Shown piece by piece: positions 62,801 to 64,000 of a stretch of 64,000 bases of DNA. This DNA is from Verrucomicrobiales bacterium (lineage in GTDB: Bacteria; Verrucomicrobiota; Verrucomicrobiia; Verrucomicrobiales; V1-33), in NCBI GenBank assembly GCA_031411295.1, contig JANOAV010000189.1, forward strand, positions 1 through 64,000. The letters are read 5' to 3'. Both the position numbers and the translations under genes were made by a program. A model generated the notes under the pieces. That model made no database searches, was not told where the DNA came from, and saw nothing but the letters and a program-made list of their open reading frames with translations. How positions within the stretch are numbered: position 1 is the first letter of the stretch; each line of letters begins with the position of its first letter.

Positions 62801-64000
62801 TACAATGAGCGAATTGGCGATCAGTTGCGGTTGCACGAAGAAATCCGCATCCGTTAGCCCGGCGGTCAAGCCTTGGATCGCTAGCACGTTATTCGAGCCC
62901 GGGTTGAGCGAGGCGATGGCACTGGAAATATCAATTTCCTCCCAGACCAGGGCAGAGACATCATCGCGTTCGACCGGAGCGACCGCATTCCACGGCGTAG
63001 TGGTCGGCGTGCGACGTTCGGCAACTTTCACACCGTTGATGTAAGCGACGAACGCGTCGTCGTTGCGCATGCGTAATTTCAGGCTCTTCAACGCGCTGAC
63101 ATCCGCCACGTTAAATGGATAGCGCATGAAGGCGGAAGTGTTCTTGCCGTAGAGACTATCCTTCACATTCGTGGCGATGAGCGGCAGGTAGGTGTCGAAC
63201 GCCCGCCCCATGACCACGACTTCACCCAGCGAGAGCACGTTGCTTTCGTCCGTATTGCCATTGCCGGCCGAGCCGCTGAGATCAGGGTCCGGGGTGCGCG
63301 TGATGACCACATAACGTCCCGGAACGGATCCGCCCGCCAGCGCGCTGAGGTTGACCGCAATCTGGCCCGGGCCGCCGGGGAAGGCGTAGCCAGCGTTCTC
63401 GGGATTCAGCAGCGCGCTTTGAAAGACGACGGTGCTGTTATCCGTGTCGAGCACTTTGACCGTGAGGTCCCGCATCCGCGAGCCACAGCAACTGGTGCGG
63501 TTATACAACGTGATGGAAGAAATGAGTTTCCGTCCCCCAAGATCAATGGCTAAACGGGCGGCATTGTCGGTGCTGGCAGTATGCGTGAAGTCCCCATAGT
63601 TGCCGTTGGTGGCATTACCTTCAGGGAAACCAATGTTGCTGGAACCCGTGGCCACCGCGGCCAGCGCGACGTTCGTATCCACCACCGGACCGACGCCCAC
63701 AAGTGCGTTGATTTGTAATTCACCGATGGCCAAGGTGTAACTATCATGATCGTTCACGCCGCCGCCCCCAGTGCGGGTGATTTTTACTTTTCGCCCCAGC
63801 AGGCCAGTGGGATTGGTGGGGAGTAAATTGAGCACATAGGGTGCTTGCGGTGCTGTGTTATTGCTGTTGAGCAAGCCAGAGGTCCAGACCACGGCATCCG
63901 CTTGATCTAAAACATCGACCGTAAAGTTACGCAACCGCTCTGGGCAACAGCCATCGCCTCGATTGTAAATTACCAGGCTCGCCAAGGCCACATCATTGGG
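59840..64000 (-). CDS. Large secreted CotH-kinase / lamin-tail / F5-8-type / Fn3-associated protein (5' end outside the window)
   Basis: YNR..CC..R discoidin-like domains, FSVKRGFY, GLRIRGG.SR, LYLNGLYWGL, VISEIHYHP...EFLELTN and C-terminal RYFYR; frame is open to the window edge. Confidence 0.85.
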   Translation of the reverse strand, partial: PNDVALASLVIYNRGDGCCPERLRNFTVDVLDQADAVVWTSGLLNSNNTAPQAPYVLNLLPTNPTGLLGRKVKITRTGGGGVNDHDSYTLAIGELQINALVGVGPVVDTNVALAAVATGSSNIGFPEGNATNGNYGDFTHTASTDNAARLAIDLGGRKLISSITLYNRTSCCGSRMRDLTVKVLDTDNSTVVFQSALLNPENAGYAFPGGPGQIAVNLSALAGGSVPGRYVVITRTPDPDLSGSAGNGNTDESNVLSLGEVVVMGRAFDTYLPLIATNVKDSLYGKNTSAFMRYPFNVADVSALKSLKLRMRNDDAFVAYINGVKVAERRTPTTTPWNAVAPVERDDVSALVWEEIDISSAIASLNPGSNNVLAIQGLTAGLTDADFFVQPQLIANSLIVNAFASYLTTPTPGAQNNSTWFIDTVADTSFSVKRGFYTSAQTVAITSLTPGVDIWYSTNGEEPEPGQGTLYSGPLTISQTTVLRARAFKTNWKPTNVDTNTYIFLSDVVAQAANGQAPTGWPVSWGANSVNYGMDPAVRALYGDAALQAALTQIPTVSVVTEMANLFDAGTGIYANAGGHGDEWERPASFEWLDPNGAVGQQGKIQQNFGLRIRGGASRSSTVPKHSFRAYFRGEYGAGKLEFPIFGNTGASQYDVIDLASSQNYSWQGGDASDTMVRDPFSRTTLLATGSPACRNKYFQLYLNGLYWGLFYFDERVSGGYGEAYFGGNKDDYDVIKTANHNGGFATEATSGYLDTQPLVGGGTTTAAWKLLWDKARALAAAPTTAAYFEILGKNPDGTRNPTYPVLVDETSLIDYLLTIFYTGDGDAPLSAFLGSERANNWFSLRSRVNQDQGFTFYTHDAEHTVGAGASQNDRTGPWPSNPTAATNQNNFIYSNPQWLFQDLCASPEFRLKVADRAHRHFFNGGVMTTTSSQARIDDLASQINLAVKAHAQRWGSTSLNDAQWSSAVGVARGWLNGRTETVVQQLRNYRLTSALAIGSAPLYPNVVAPVFSQHGGNIPPAFGLTMTSTDVPAGTIYFSTNGTDPRAIGGAAVGSEYASSIPLSATTTVKARTLLNGNWSALTEAQFLVDVTPATNQNLVISEIHYHPVDLTTAEAVGLNATQLAAYADSDVFEFLELTNLSTSNVNLSGATFTAGISYTFPAGSIFPPGAKILLVKHADAFALRYGNSIVPNGVYGGKLSNNGETLTLTSTFGTVLATVTYVGAGDSDGGGPSLVIMRPEDLNYDAAHQRSSIQTNGNPGASDALRLTVNPLGDADKDGFPALVEYALGTSDTNGFQMPALPEVVKHGAGEIEIRFPFKANADDAIILPQGSPDITTWVDARTLAPTTEIINGPNPGDRIMIIRGPATIADGTRYFYRTNVQLK

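Overview
This is a GC-rich bacterial chromosomal window whose gene content suggests Verrucomicrobia (inference from CotH/lamin-tail proteins and secreted proteins ending in 'S-x-[DN]-L-x-x-W...F[YL]R'). Core genes are ppk1, an AsmA-like protein, gyrB, an NCS1 transporter and gltB. Between them are several accessory blocks. (i) A 14 x 21-bp phased, palindromic (TC-N7-GA) repeat array lies directly upstream of a signal-less helical + fibronectin-III protein (3199-4307). (ii) An integron-type array on the minus strand has four attC sites, five cassette genes, an attI-like site and a 29-aa leader ORF, but no integrase in the window (4470-7656). (iii) A LysR / cation:H+ antiporter / flavin-dependent halogenase module has no biosynthetic partner genes nearby. 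(iv) A 1742-aa secreted protein is built from six ~210-aa 'N[IL]GSSG[QL]DGV' repeats. (v) A ~21-kb minus-strand copper/heavy-metal cluster (38918-59648) encodes a CnrYXH-like ECF module, PocR-AraC, multicopper oxidase, a CusCBA-like pump, P1B and P2 ATPases and many tiny metal-ligand-rich lipoproteins, with signs of decay. Several different REP-like palindromic elements sit in intergenic regions. I found no rRNA, tRNA, CRISPR array or transposase. All family calls come from recognising motifs by eye, not from database searches.
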